From the NCBI GenBank assembly GCA_965223265.1, contig OZ244999.1, forward strand, positions 8,736,001-8,800,000: a stretch of DNA of 64,000 nucleotides, read 5' to 3'. This stretch comes from Planctomycetota bacterium (lineage in GTDB: Bacteria; Planctomycetota; UBA8108; SXIK01). Numbering within the stretch: the stretch's first letter is position 1; each line of letters opens with the position of its first letter. Below the pieces are notes generated by a model that was not told the DNA's origin, did not search any database, and saw only the letters and a program-made list of their open reading frames with translations. Positions 29,501 through 38,911 of this stretch are shown piece after piece. The translations under genes and the position numbers were made by a program.

Positions 29501-31039
29501 GCTCGTCGTGGGCAGGGAATTTTCACGGCGCTCTGCGTTAAGTGTCACGGTGGGCCGAGCAAGGGAGAAAATAAGGCGGCGATTTTCGGCCCGGACTTGA
29601 CCGGAGTGACGCGACGACTGAGTCCGGAGGAGTTCGCCGATGCACTGGTCAATCCGTCGAAGGTTGTGGCGGAGCGCTACAAAGCGATGGTCGCGCAGCT
29701 AACCGACGGCCGCGTTCTCACAGGCTTCGTCACCGAGCAAAGTGAGAAGCAAGTCATCCTCGCGACTCAGGAGCGGATCGAACGCTTGGCGACCGAGCGG
29801 ATCGTACTCCTCCTGCCGCAGGACGTGTCCTTGATGCCGGAGGGGCTCCTCAATCGACTTGACGACCGAGAGCTCCGCGATCTCCTGGCATTTCTGCGGG
29901 AACTCGGAGCGACGGCACCGGTGGGAGAGGCTGCAGCAGCTGCTCGCGGGCAAACAGTGGGAGTTGCCAAGAGTGTCGTCTTTCGCAGCGGCGAGGAAGG
30001 CTACCACACGTTTCGAATTCCTGCCGCGCTGACGACGCCTGCTGGAACGCTTTTGGCGTTTTGCGAAGGGCGCAAGCGCAGCGGCTCTGACCACGGCGAC
30101 ATCGACCTGGTCATCAAGCGCAGTCGCGACGGCGGACGCACATGGGGCGAGCTCGAGATCGTTCACGAGGAGGGCGGCGACGCTACCGTGACTATCGGCA
30201 ACCCTTGTCCGGTGGTCGACCCAGACTCGCAGACGATCTGGCTTCCTTTCTGCCGTGACAACGACACTGTGTGGATCACCCACAGTCGCGACGACGGCGT
30301 CACATGGGCGTCACCACGCGAGATCACCGCGACGGTCAAGAAGCCGTCGTGGAAGTGGTACGCCACCGGCCCCGGCGTCGGCATACGCATCGGTGCCGGG
30401 CCTCACCGTGGTCGACTGGTGATACCGTGCGATCATTCCGAGGAGGTGGGCGGCAAGCGAGTCATGGTGTCGCACGTTTTCTACAGCGATGACGGCGGTA
30501 CGAGCTGGCAGCTGGGTGGCTCCGCTGATCATCACACCGATGAGTGTCAGGTGGCTGAGCTCTCCGACGGACGTCTTCTCCTCAACATGCGGAATTACTG
30601 GGGCCGCGACGGCGGACGACCGGACCGCGGACGACGACGAGCGCTGGCGTGGAGTGACGACGGCGGCGTTTCGTGGTCGCCACTTGATTTTGACGCGACG
30701 CTCGTAGAGCCTATGTGCCAAGCGAGCTTGCTGCGTTACGAAACCCAGGGGGTCGGGGTGCGCTCAGGCGAAGCCAGTCCGCCGCCGCTTCTGTTTTCGA
30801 ATCCGCCGCATCGAGATGCCCGGCGCGACATGACCGTTCGTTTGAGCGGGGACGGCGGTAAGTCCTGGCCGTTCGCCCGTCGTCTGCACGATGGTCCAAG
30901 TGCCTACTCATCGTTGACTGTCTTGCCCGACGGGACGATAGGATGCCTCTTCGAGGCTGGCGAAAAGAGCGCCTACGAAAGCATCGTTTTCGCCAGATTC
31001 ACCATCGATTGGCTGGAGTCTGGTTCAATCCGTCCATGA
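26558..31039 (+). CDS. PVC-type heme-binding CxxCH protein (beta-propeller, HEAT repeats, cytochrome c) fused to a C-terminal GH33 sialidase
   Basis: Signal peptide; GGRN..DSDMEW and GRGSP propeller motifs; HEAT-like repeats; CVKCH at ~29534 with GPDLT and SLMPEGL; then FRIP and five Asp boxes ([40 protein letters not shown]), DECQ and SAYS. Confidence 0.88.
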   Translation: MHFSSLGALILCSSFHAPVLLDDRFDLPSGFHIYKIASGEVCGGSYDITFDGDGELLVGDSQNVRRLKWNDAAGVYDGYEVIADGLGPRGPQGLLVFGDHLYAVGGDGIQMFRGYAASRLDRTTERNARLDHVGRIGAPFRTGGDHAAHAILRGHDDYLYFITGDGGGTKDRDHITEVTSPSRIERKCSVFRISPDGENWECIATGGRNAPNLGINYLGEFFSLDSDMEWHVAQPWWRPVRLNHWVTGGDHGWQSVGAYPPYYVDSLAGIYDVGRGSPDWGVFYEHDQLPAKYRDAYLVCDYRSKSATTGGYTTSGKLLAFFLQPDGATWSARMEVCVQPKPGAKDESGELINFALVDIDVAPDGSLFLSDRAQGVWRVYYDGRAEAPPSSAPQAPSVSQALDRLARVGSDATPLEIVDKLLELPQRGAEWSRVQRDRLRQMLGSDYQPRLIAVAQASDQPVRRRLVAIRQLAAEFALLPSEFVSRLVRDRDEHVRAQAAWLLGIRRRGGEVGLLVELASDASALVRRRALESLMRSPPSSPQLPQIINLLEDPSRVVAYTAMMTLSHHPRSDWFSRAVRRDGVQTRLRALIAADLRDELNREDAVPVLRDLMGQIGRRSRRQDRLDLLRVIGRLRQTWVADDALRESIVEKLVTEFPDEDRDIRWEQARLLGEYRVSQGFEPLLAVLEREEDPVTQFHLAQALARIPSGWSAEAESRSVGWFLAQQKGWFAEFDGKGLQFPQFWGTVLSDFVRHHAAAVLTRGEDIVLTSQLGREYLQLLAASDEVATRFIELYAERREPQYRLELMKTLGRVDDEEIADFLRREYGSVGDPDLHAALLVSLAAQSPHERSRGLLESGVENENVEVARTCALALTRYRPRLGQELAQTLITRMLEHRALVRSCERLLVHLSGKKREDYTPEANPQDRAEFDEATAAIDFWRHWFAKEFGEEFEPLRDDLIVEKSNAEVRAQILATTNGGSARRGQGIFTALCVKCHGGPSKGENKAAIFGPDLTGVTRRLSPEEFADALVNPSKVVAERYKAMVAQLTDGRVLTGFVTEQSEKQVILATQERIERLATERIVLLLPQDVSLMPEGLLNRLDDRELRDLLAFLRELGATAPVGEAAAAARGQTVGVAKSVVFRSGEEGYHTFRIPAALTTPAGTLLAFCEGRKRSGSDHGDIDLVIKRSRDGGRTWGELEIVHEEGGDATVTIGNPCPVVDPDSQTIWLPFCRDNDTVWITHSRDDGVTWASPREITATVKKPSWKWYATGPGVGIRIGAGPHRGRLVIPCDHSEEVGGKRVMVSHVFYSDDGGTSWQLGGSADHHTDECQVAELSDGRLLLNMRNYWGRDGGRPDRGRRRALAWSDDGGVSWSPLDFDATLVEPMCQASLLRYETQGVGVRSGEASPPPLLFSNPPHRDARRDMTVRLSGDGGKSWPFARRLHDGPSAYSSLTVLPDGTIGCLFEAGEKSAYESIVFARFTIDWLESGSIRP

Positions 31040-31064
31040 CGCAATGTCACCTCCGTGCTGCTAG

Positions 31065-31286
31065 CCCGCATGTCTCACCAGATTCCTACTGCGGGCCGTA
31101 AGTCGCGCTTTCGTCCTCCCTCCTCGGTCGGACTCAACTACGTCAGACTTCACGACTCGATCCTCAATGTGCAGAAAGCACCTTCGCCCTCCCGCCTTGG
31201 TCGGCCTCAGCGGTCGAATCGCAAAGTCTTCCTTGCCACGACACGACTTACGGCTCCTCGCTACGGATTCTGGTGAGACATGCGGG
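31065..31286. mobile_element. MITE-B (222 bp), CTAG target duplication
   Basis: Perfect 18-bp TIR CCCGCATGTCTCACCAGA / TCTGGTGAGACATGCGGG; CTAG on both sides (31061-31064, 31287-31290); internal arms GCCGTAAGTCG / CGACTTACGGC. Confidence 0.8.
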
Positions 31287-31290
31287 CTAG

Positions 31291-31449
31291 CAGCCCGTTG
31301 AAAAAGTCATTCGGCTGAGAAACCGGCCTCTTCACGCCCAGATCAGCCGCGGCGAGCCTCGAAAATCTCGGAGATTACCTGCGTTCGCCGCGGCTGATCT
31401 GGACGCGAAGCGACCAGTTTTCAACTCGAAGCACTTTTTCAACGGGCTG
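31291..31449 (+). mobile_element. MITE-A copy 2 (159 bp), CTAG target duplication
   Basis: TIRs CAGCCCGTTGAAAAAGT and ACTTTTTCAACGGGCTG; CTAG at 31287-31290 and 31450-31453; three differences from copy 3. Confidence 0.9.
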
Positions 31450-33277
31450 CTAGAATCGATTCAGCGTAGCGTAGCTCCCCGGTGCGCCCGTCGAAGTAAC
31501 GGAAGATCACCTGCGGTCTCGGGTAGGCAACCCAGCGTTCATCGCCGAGTCGTTGTGGGTTGTTGAACGCGTTGTTGACCTGGACGACACAGTACGAAAC
31601 ATGGCGCAGCTGACTGCGTGGAATGTCGGTACGAAAGTACGTCGACCAGCGGATATCGACTTCTCGAGGGCCGTATTTGAAAGCACCGTTGGCCGGCCGA
31701 TCGCCCTCGTCGCTCGCCCAGTGGTTGTTCGAGTTGTGAGGTCCAGAGGCACATTCCCAGACGTTGTCGGTGACCTTAATCACGAAGCTGTTGTGGAGAT
31801 CGCCTGTCAGGAGCAAGACAGGCTGCGGTAGGTCGTCCCAAAAGTCGATGAGCGCCTCACGCTCGTCGAAGAAGACGGTCCAGGCGTCATCTTTGTTCTC
31901 GGCGCGAATCTTACCGCCGCCGATGTGAGGCACCATGAAGTTGACGGACGAGACGACGAAGAGGAATTCTGCCTTGCTTGCGCGCATCCCGTCGATTAGC
32001 CAGGCGCGCTGTTTGGCTCCCAGCATCGACAATCCCTTCTTGTATGGGTCGCTCTTGTCGTGCATTTGACGCTGGCCACGCGTGTCGAGCATGAAGAAGT
32101 CGCAGTTGCTGACTGCGAAGCGGTAGTACGACAGACGTCCGATGGAGTAACTTTCTACGCCGTCTGCGGGCGGCGCCGGTGAGACGCGGATACGGTTGGC
32201 GTCGATGACGTTGACGATCTCATACACACCGGCGTTCGGCGAACCGCCGACGCCGTCGAGCGCGTTGTCGTTGACGCCGGCCGTCTCCGTGCCCCAGTGG
32301 ATGTGAAGGTTGTTCGTTTGGTCTAGATCGAGCTGTGAGAAATCAGCACGTGGATCAACGAGGATGTCGTTTCCGGCGCGTAGCTCGCCGATGCCAAAGT
32401 GGATAGGCTGCGTAAAGGAGGTCGGATTGCTCCATGCGAGGTAGTCGTACCAGGCGCGAACGCCGATGTCTCTGAACACGGCGCGGCGGTCCCGAAGCCC
32501 GGGAGTTCCCGCGCCCCACACGTCATTGAGGATTTCGTGATCGTCGTACGTGAAGAACGTGGGCATGACGCGATGCCACCGCGTCAGGTTCTGCCCCTTG
32601 CTCAGAAAGTGCTTATAGTTCTGCCAAACCCCGACGATGGTGGGAGCGACACGGACGATCTCTGGACGCTCGTCGAACGCGATGCCCACCTGCGATGCCC
32701 ACTGCGCCGGCGAGTACGAACGCTGCGCTTCGTAGAGCCAGTCGCCGTTGAGAATGGCGAAGTGAATCTTGTCGACGATTTCGCGCTGCATCGTCGCGAA
32801 GGTCGGCAGCGCGGCGCCGCTGCTCTGGCGTGGATTTTGGTTGTTGCCGCAAGCGAACTCAAAACTGAAGTTGAAGAGGCCGCGCGGGTTCAACTCTGCG
32901 TGTACGTAGTCCTGAGGGCGAGGTAGCGTGCGGAACCGGCCGCCCAGCCCGGTGCGTTCGTCGGTGCCGGGAAGCACGAGTTCGTAGTGATAGACCGTGT
33001 TGGGTTCAAGCTGCGACAGTTCGACCCAGCCGGTGTTGTCGTGATCGAGCCGAGTCGATTGATCTGGGCTTTGTCGAGTCAACCGCTCGGGCGAGCGTCC
33101 ATAGCGCACCGCGAAGGAACCGGGCTCTGCAGTCCGCGCCCAGACGCCGACGCTCGACGCCGTCAGCCGCCCGAGGATCGGTCCGTGGGTGACGTAGTTG
33201 AGTTCGTCCGCAGCGCTGGTTTGAAGCAGAGCGAGACTGAGGAGCATGCCACAGCGAAGGATTGATTGCTGATTCAC
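31439..33277 (-). CDS. phoD: PhoD-family alkaline phosphatase / metallophosphoesterase, secreted
   Basis: GTG 33277 with AGGAG RBS and signal peptide; HGPILG, VWART, FACGN, LNGDWLYE, YDDHEI, LDTR, MLGAKQRAWL and LTGDLH motifs. Confidence 0.85.
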   Translation of the reverse strand: MNQQSILRCGMLLSLALLQTSAADELNYVTHGPILGRLTASSVGVWARTAEPGSFAVRYGRSPERLTRQSPDQSTRLDHDNTGWVELSQLEPNTVYHYELVLPGTDERTGLGGRFRTLPRPQDYVHAELNPRGLFNFSFEFACGNNQNPRQSSGAALPTFATMQREIVDKIHFAILNGDWLYEAQRSYSPAQWASQVGIAFDERPEIVRVAPTIVGVWQNYKHFLSKGQNLTRWHRVMPTFFTYDDHEILNDVWGAGTPGLRDRRAVFRDIGVRAWYDYLAWSNPTSFTQPIHFGIGELRAGNDILVDPRADFSQLDLDQTNNLHIHWGTETAGVNDNALDGVGGSPNAGVYEIVNVIDANRIRVSPAPPADGVESYSIGRLSYYRFAVSNCDFFMLDTRGQRQMHDKSDPYKKGLSMLGAKQRAWLIDGMRASKAEFLFVVSSVNFMVPHIGGGKIRAENKDDAWTVFFDEREALIDFWDDLPQPVLLLTGDLHNSFVIKVTDNVWECASGPHNSNNHWASDEGDRPANGAFKYGPREVDIRWSTYFRTDIPRSQLRHVSYCVVQVNNAFNNPQRLGDERWVAYPRPQVIFRYFDGRTGELRYAESILAAR

Positions 33278-33355
33278 GGTGTCTCTCCTGGCGTGGGTTG
33301 GGGCGATCGTAGGGCGTGGTGATGCTCGTGTGCGAGCTGTCCGAGTCCGCTTGCG

Positions 33356-33408
33356 GTGTGAGTGTGAGTGTGAGTGTGAGTGTGAGTGTGAGTGTGAGTG
33401 TGAGTGTG
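33356..33408. repeat. Perfect hexanucleotide microsatellite (GTGTGA)8 + GTGTG
   Basis: Counted directly; about 80 bp upstream of the phoD start. Confidence 0.95.
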
Positions 33409-33450
33409 CGGTCGTTCGTACGCTGCCCTCCTCCCTCACCGTCTCCTGTG

Positions 33451-33548
33451 TCTGCCTCTGCTTCCGTCTCCGTCTCTGTCTCTGTCTCTGCCTCTGCCTC
33501 TGCCTCTGCCTCTGCCTCCGTCTCTGCCTCTGTCTCTGTCTCTGTCTC
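33451..33548. repeat. Imperfect hexanucleotide tract (TCTGCC/TCTGTC/TCCGTC)~16
   Basis: Read directly; just downstream of the radical SAM gene stop. Confidence 0.9.
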
Positions 33549-33561
33549 CACCACCTCTTCG

Positions 33562-34707
33562 CTACTCAATCTCATCGAAAAAAGACAACTGCCTCCCCCC
33601 AGGCGGTCGAAAGAGTTTCGTCGTCAGCTCCAACCGCGCTCGCGACAATCCGGCACTCAGGCAGCCGAGGTCGAAAAGGCGTGCGATTTGTTCGGCGAAG
33701 ATTCCTTCGCCACGCATCCGCTTCTGGAAGCGTGTGTCGTTCAGCTTGCCGTCACGCAGGCTACGAATCCGACTGAGGATCTTTACCTTGCGATCGGGAT
33801 AGTGGTGTCCGAGCCACTCTTCGAAGAGTGGCCGCACCGTGTGCGGCAATCGCAGCACGATGTAGCCGGCGTGGCGGGCGCCTGCGTCGGCGGATCGTTT
33901 GAGGATCGAAGCGATTTCGTGATCGTTGAGAGCCGGGATCACCGGCGCGACGAGGACCCCGACGGGAATTCCAGCGTGGCTGAGTTCCCGGATCGCCTCG
34001 AGACGCCGCGCTGGTTGGCAGGTGCGCGGTTCGAGTTGGCGGTGGAGCTCGGGGCGGAGTGTCGTGATCGAGAGGAACACCGCGCAGAGTTTTTGTGCTG
34101 CGAGCCCGCTGAGGAGATCGATGTCACGTCGCACGAGGTGATTCTTGGTGACGATGACCACGGGGTTACGGAACTCAGCGAGCACCTCCAAGACCCGGCG
34201 GGTCAGGCGCAGTTTGCCTTCGATCGGTTGGTACGGATCGGTGACCCCGCTGAGGGCCAGCGGCTGCGGTGTCCACTTCGGCGCGGCGAGTTCGCGCCGC
34301 AGCAGCTCGGGCGCGTTCTCTTTGACGAGGACTCGAGTCTCGAAATCCAGCCCGGCAGAGAAGCCGAGGTATTCGTGCGTCGGTCGAGCGTAGCAGTAGA
34401 TGCAGCCGTGCTCGCAGCCGCGGTAAGGGTTAACGCTGGCGGAAAAGCCGACATCTGGGCTGCTGTTGTAGGAGATGACCGTGCGCGAGGTGTCGCTTAG
34501 AAACTGCGTGCGCGGCCTCGGCTCGGCGTCGACCTCGGGATCCAGACGGTCGGCCTCGAGCGTCTCAGGGTCGACCTCGTACGCCAAGGGGAGAAAGCGA
34601 CTAGCGGGGTTGCTTGCCGCGCCGCGGTTCCGCACGGGACGGGTCTCGCTCGGGTTCCCATGCTCAGAACGACTATGTCCCGAAGCGGGGCGTCCTGCCA
34701 TTGGCAA
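33562..34707 (-). CDS. PA0069/Rv2578c-family radical SAM protein (spore photoproduct lyase-like)
   Basis: NPYRGCEHGCIYCYARPTHEY (CxxxCxxC), GLDFET, SGVTDPYQP, LEPR and APVIPALND motifs. Confidence 0.92.
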   Translation of the reverse strand: MPMAGRPASGHSRSEHGNPSETRPVRNRGAASNPASRFLPLAYEVDPETLEADRLDPEVDAEPRPRTQFLSDTSRTVISYNSSPDVGFSASVNPYRGCEHGCIYCYARPTHEYLGFSAGLDFETRVLVKENAPELLRRELAAPKWTPQPLALSGVTDPYQPIEGKLRLTRRVLEVLAEFRNPVVIVTKNHLVRRDIDLLSGLAAQKLCAVFLSITTLRPELHRQLEPRTCQPARRLEAIRELSHAGIPVGVLVAPVIPALNDHEIASILKRSADAGARHAGYIVLRLPHTVRPLFEEWLGHHYPDRKVKILSRIRSLRDGKLNDTRFQKRMRGEGIFAEQIARLFDLGCLSAGLSRARLELTTKLFRPPGGRQLSFFDEIE

Positions 34708-34754
34708 CGACTCCTACGTGCGCGAGGTGTCCGCTCCTGAGAGAACCAGGTCGT

Positions 34755-35435
34755 TCAGGCGGTGTCCTGATTCATCTGGGCGATAAAGGCGTTCGCTTCG
34801 CCGACTGCTGCTTCCATCTCCTTGACGAGATCCGAAACCTCGTCTTCGATCTCAGTGAGCTCGTTTTTTAGCGACGAAATCGCCTGCGCGTTGAGGTGAT
34901 GCCGAAGAAACAGCACTTGGTCCTTGAATCTGTCGAGGACTGGCGGCATGCGACTCTCGGCTTTCCGCATGGCTCCGACGAGCTGTTGATATCTGTCTTT
35001 AGTGGTCTCAAGCTGTTCCGCGCTGAGACGCCGAAGCTTGCCGTCTGAGTATTCGTTGAGCTCGTTCTCCCACTCCGCGAAAAGATCTCCCGCGACGCCC
35101 TCAACGCTGGCTATCCGTTTACTGACCGCCTCGGCGCGGGAGAGGCTGCGCTCGTAGGCGCTGTTGAGTTCTTTGTACTTGGCTTCGAGCTCGCCGCCAT
35201 CGAAGTTGACGACACTACTAAACTTTTCGAGCGCCGTCTTGAACTGCTCCTTCGCCTCTTCTTGGCTGTCGCGAGCTTCTTCGACGTTCTCGACGAGTAG
35301 GTGCCGTTTGTCGTAACCAAGCATCTTCCACGCCCCGTAGCCGATACTCTTACACCCCACGCCTAGCAGTAGCAGACCAATAATGAGTGCACACGATGTG
35401 GCTTTGAGCACTGATTGACACGTTGTTTCGTACAT
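34755..35435 (-). CDS. DUF2959-family coiled-coil lipoprotein
   Basis: Lipobox GVGC; KRHLLVENVEEARDSQEEAKEQFKTALEKF, LFAEWENEL and DQVLFLRHHLNAQAI segments. Confidence 0.85.
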   Translation of the reverse strand: MYETTCQSVLKATSCALIIGLLLLGVGCKSIGYGAWKMLGYDKRHLLVENVEEARDSQEEAKEQFKTALEKFSSVVNFDGGELEAKYKELNSAYERSLSRAEAVSKRIASVEGVAGDLFAEWENELNEYSDGKLRRLSAEQLETTKDRYQQLVGAMRKAESRMPPVLDRFKDQVLFLRHHLNAQAISSLKNELTEIEDEVSDLVKEMEAAVGEANAFIAQMNQDTA

Positions 35436-35501
35436 GGATATGTCTACTCTGTTGTTCCTTTTGCGTGTTGGTTCAGAAAAGGTTGCGGCTGTCCGTTCTG
35501 T

Positions 35502-35849
35502 TCACGGAGATCCGTTCGCAGAGTTCACCGCAGAGACGTGCGGTTCGAGAATGTAGTCACTCTCGTGACCGTGAACAAGAATCACACCTTCTCCGACTTC
35601 GAAAACCTTACTCCGCTCCGAGTCGAAGCGCAAGGTGACACGGCAGCCTGACTTGCCGATCACCGTCGCGAGGCCGTCCTGGAGCGGTTGGAGGTTGTCT
35701 GTGCTCAACCCCTCGACCTTGACGATGCGCCCTTGAGTGACTGCATAGCCTTTGATGTCCTCGGCGTATTGGGTCGATGTCGTACCGCACGCCGAGAGGA
35801 ACGCCGCAGGCAAGATCAACCCACACAGGATCAAGAGGCGTCGCTTCAT
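35502..35849 (-). CDS. Small hypothetical lipoprotein
   Basis: MKRR + hydrophobic stretch + LSAC lipobox; start overlaps the TAXI stop (ATGA). Confidence 0.7.
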   Translation of the reverse strand: MKRRLLILCGLILPAAFLSACGTTSTQYAEDIKGYAVTQGRIVKVEGLSTDNLQPLQDGLATVIGKSGCRVTLRFDSERSKVFEVGEGVILVHGHESDYILEPHVSAVNSANGSP

Positions 35850-37222
35850 GAAATCGCGTCTCCTTGTTGTTGCGTCGATGCAGCGCTGCGCACTTTGCGC
35901 CGCACAAGGTCGAGGTGAAGTCTCAAATGGTAGGCTTCGTCAGCGTACGACAAAGGCACCGAGACGTGCTCGATTTCCTTCTCGATCGTCGCGAGTCGAT
36001 CAAGCTGTCGGTTGACGTTCGCTTCGGAAGCATCCTCTGCGATACTCTTCTCGGCGGCTTCGAGTTCGCCGTACCAGCGATAGATTTTCGAGCGGACTTT
36101 CCATCGGTAAGTCGGCGGGACGATTTTGAAGAGCGGAATGAGGAGCGTCAGCAGCGGCAGAATCATGAACTTCAAACGATCGATCAGGTTTGCCGCCCAG
36201 AACGGGAGATATCTCTGCAAGAATGGAGGGCCAGACTTGAAATAGCGCACCGCTTCTTTCGGCAGCGGAAATCTCAGATACTTTGGTGACGGGAACTCCC
36301 CGTGGGCCTGCAGGACACTGGCACGCGAGTGTGTTTCGGTGGCGGCTTGAAGGAGAAGGCTCATGAGCGCGGGATGCAGTTCGGCGCGCGCCAGGAGAGT
36401 CGCCGCGGGCGCTATAAGAATCGTGTCGTGCGGCGGCAGGTCCGTTGCTGGATCGACGGTCCCCATCGGCAGCTCGACGCGCGAGAGGAAACGGTGCCGG
36501 CGAGTGTACGCCTCGGCGCGTTCGAGACTCATTAGATGAACTCCCGGCGTTGCGAGCAGCTCTCCGACGATCGGCGTGTCGATGGAAGCGACGAAGAGAG
36601 CGGCGTCGATGCTGCCGTCACGCAGCGACTTTGTCGCCGCCGCGGCGCTGAGCGGCAGTAGCGTGGTCGTCTCAGCCTCGATGCCGCAGTCGGTCAGCAG
36701 CAGGTCGGCCAGCGCCCGAGAGCCGCTACCTTCCAGGCCGACCGCAACGCGGCGACCACGAAACTCGGTGAGACGACTTGCGCCCCGATCCAGCCGGTGA
36801 AAAACCCATAGTGGCTCGAGATAAAGGCTGGCGAGGGAGACGATGCCCTCGTCCGCTGCGGGCTCGCCGAGTCCGCCCTGCACGATCGCGATGTCGACCC
36901 CCTCCGGCGCCTCAAGCTGTTGCAGGTTCTCCTCGGCGCCGTCGGTGGGGACGAGCTCGAGCTCTATGCGCTCACGCTCCAAGAATTTGCGGTATTGGAG
37001 TCCGACGCGGTGGTAGTGTCCTTCCGCGGCACCGGTAGCCATACGGATACTAGAAGGCGGCGCCGGCTCGACAAAAAGAAACGCGACGACGAGCGCGACG
37101 GCGGCGATGATCAACGTCGGCAGAAAGACTTTCAGTGAGTCGGAGTGGCGCGCGGTCTTGCGGGCACTGGGCGCGTTTGATCTCGACGGCGTCGGCTCTT
37201 TGTTCTCTTGCTTTTTCTTCAT
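35846..37222 (-). CDS. TAXI-family TRAP solute-binding protein with N- and C-terminal TM segments
   Basis: FVEPAPP, MATGAAEGHY, ENLQQL, AIVQGG, LYLEPLWVF, GSGS and YLPFWAA..RSKIYRWY motifs; ATG at 37222. Confidence 0.85.
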   Translation of the reverse strand: MKKKQENKEPTPSRSNAPSARKTARHSDSLKVFLPTLIIAAVALVVAFLFVEPAPPSSIRMATGAAEGHYHRVGLQYRKFLERERIELELVPTDGAEENLQQLEAPEGVDIAIVQGGLGEPAADEGIVSLASLYLEPLWVFHRLDRGASRLTEFRGRRVAVGLEGSGSRALADLLLTDCGIEAETTTLLPLSAAAATKSLRDGSIDAALFVASIDTPIVGELLATPGVHLMSLERAEAYTRRHRFLSRVELPMGTVDPATDLPPHDTILIAPAATLLARAELHPALMSLLLQAATETHSRASVLQAHGEFPSPKYLRFPLPKEAVRYFKSGPPFLQRYLPFWAANLIDRLKFMILPLLTLLIPLFKIVPPTYRWKVRSKIYRWYGELEAAEKSIAEDASEANVNRQLDRLATIEKEIEHVSVPLSYADEAYHLRLHLDLVRRKVRSAASTQQQGDAIS

Positions 37223-37486
37223 CCCTGTCCAGCAGGCTGTAAAGCGTCCCCGCCGACGACGAACAGCGCGCATCTCTCGTTGCGCAGGCTCCTAGCCGAG
37301 CGACCAATCAATGAGCTGCGGCTACGAAGCCCACACTCTATCCCAAAGCCGGAACAACAGGGCTCAGGAATTTCCCGAAGCGCCGCGAGCAGTTCGCCGG
37401 TCGCCGCAGCCTCGGTGCCGGGGCTGCGAATGGGAGTACATCCTCGCGAGGCTGCCTTCCCAGGGCTGCTCGAGTTCGACAGTCTG

Positions 37487-38815
37487 CTAGCCTAGGAGTC
37501 CGGGGATACCCTGCGTCTCGTCGATGACGCCGGTGGCGTGCAGCTCTTCGAGATTGAGCCCCAGAAGATCGAAAACGCTCGCGACCAGGTTTCCAGGTGT
37601 GACGGGTTCCGTGATCGGATACGCCGCGTTTTCGTCGCTCGCACCAATCACTTGGCCGCCTGGGATGGGACCTCCGGCAAGCACGAAGGAGTAGACGTAT
37701 GGCCAGTGGTCGCGCCCGCGCGCGCTGTTGATCCTCGGCGTGCGTCCAAACTCGCCGGCAAGGAGTACGATCGTCTTCTCAAGGAGGCCGCGCTGCTTGA
37801 GGTCAGAGAGCAGCGCGCTCACGGTCTGGTCGAGCTGTGGAAGCTGGCGATCCTTCAGCTTGCGAAAGTTGTCGCTGTGATTGTCGAAGCCATAGTCCTG
37901 GATGGGATGTTCGCGCCAGTTGACTTGCACGAACCGGACGCCAGACTCGACGAGGCGGCGCGCCATAAGCACGCCTTGGCCGAACCTGTGACGACCATAG
38001 CGTTCTCGCGTGCCCGAGCTTTCGCGGGTCAAATCGAAAGCGCGTTTGGCTTCAGGGCTTGTCACCAGATTGAACGCTCGGCTATACGCTGCGTCGAGAA
38101 CACGCGTCTGATCGCTCTCGACGTCTCGTTGGAAATCCGTGATGGTGTCGAAGAGTCGCTGACGCTGCTGAATACGCTGCGCAGCAAGGCTCTGAGGTGG
38201 CGACAGCGAAGCGATCTCTTCGATCGGCTTCGACGCATCGACGACGCGCAGCGGCGAATGTCCGTTACCCAGGAAGCCGCCGTCCTGCCCGCGTGGTGTG
38301 ATCGGCTGGTCGATGAGACGCGGCCCGACGACGACGCTGCCGAGAGGTGCCTCGGCGGGGACGCCGAACTTGCTCACCGTCGCACCCATGTTCGGCCACT
38401 CTTTACCACGGATCACCTGGTTGCCGGTCATCATGAAGTGCGCCGCGCGCGGGTGTTCTACCTCTTCATGATGCGCTGAGCGAACGATGGTATAGAGATT
38501 CGCGATGCGTGCGAGCTGCGGCAAGAGTTCGCAGATCCCCGTGCCCGGAACACTCGTCGGAATCGGTTTGTAGGGGCCACGGAACTCCTGCTTCGCATTC
38601 GGTTTGAGATCAAACGTCTCTTGTTGCGGAGGTCCACCCCAGAGGAAGATGCTGATGCAGTTGAGGTCGCTCGACCTGTCTGCGATGCCGATCTCTTGCG
38701 CGCGCAGGAGACCAGGGAGCGAGAGGCCGAGAAAACTTGCTGCGCCGATCTGGAGGAATTCGCGGCGTTCGACGCCGGCGCAGGTGCGTTGTTCGTCTTT
38801 GCCGATCGGAATCAT
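37487..38815 (-). CDS. DUF1501 domain protein (Tat-type signal)
   Basis: RREFLQIG, FLWGGPPQQETFDLKP, MARRLVESGVRFV and GEFGRTP..GRDHWP motifs. Confidence 0.92.
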   Translation of the reverse strand: MIPIGKDEQRTCAGVERREFLQIGAASFLGLSLPGLLRAQEIGIADRSSDLNCISIFLWGGPPQQETFDLKPNAKQEFRGPYKPIPTSVPGTGICELLPQLARIANLYTIVRSAHHEEVEHPRAAHFMMTGNQVIRGKEWPNMGATVSKFGVPAEAPLGSVVVGPRLIDQPITPRGQDGGFLGNGHSPLRVVDASKPIEEIASLSPPQSLAAQRIQQRQRLFDTITDFQRDVESDQTRVLDAAYSRAFNLVTSPEAKRAFDLTRESSGTRERYGRHRFGQGVLMARRLVESGVRFVQVNWREHPIQDYGFDNHSDNFRKLKDRQLPQLDQTVSALLSDLKQRGLLEKTIVLLAGEFGRTPRINSARGRDHWPYVYSFVLAGGPIPGGQVIGASDENAAYPITEPVTPGNLVASVFDLLGLNLEELHATGVIDETQGIPGLLG

Positions 38816-38911
38816 CTGTTGTCTCGATTCTGGCCGCGACGCGCCGTCGCACGATCGCCGCGAGCGCGGATATTCTCCCTCAAAGTGCAGTCTGATGTTG
38901 CCATGTGCACC

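Noticed and set aside
33277-33439. His-Ser repeat N-terminal extension of PhoD (possible metal-binding tag)
   Set aside because: It is the translation of the (GTGTGA)n microsatellite. A GTG with RBS and signal peptide at 33277 is the better start.
33006-34500. ORFs with ETETE, CECEC, VSVSV and SLSLP repeats
   Set aside because: Stop-free frames produced by the hexamer tracts and by antisense overlap with real genes.
37211-37244. Further MITE-A end (CAGCAGGCTGTAAAG; similar short match near 22290)
   Set aside because: Short partial match with no partner TIR and no target duplication.
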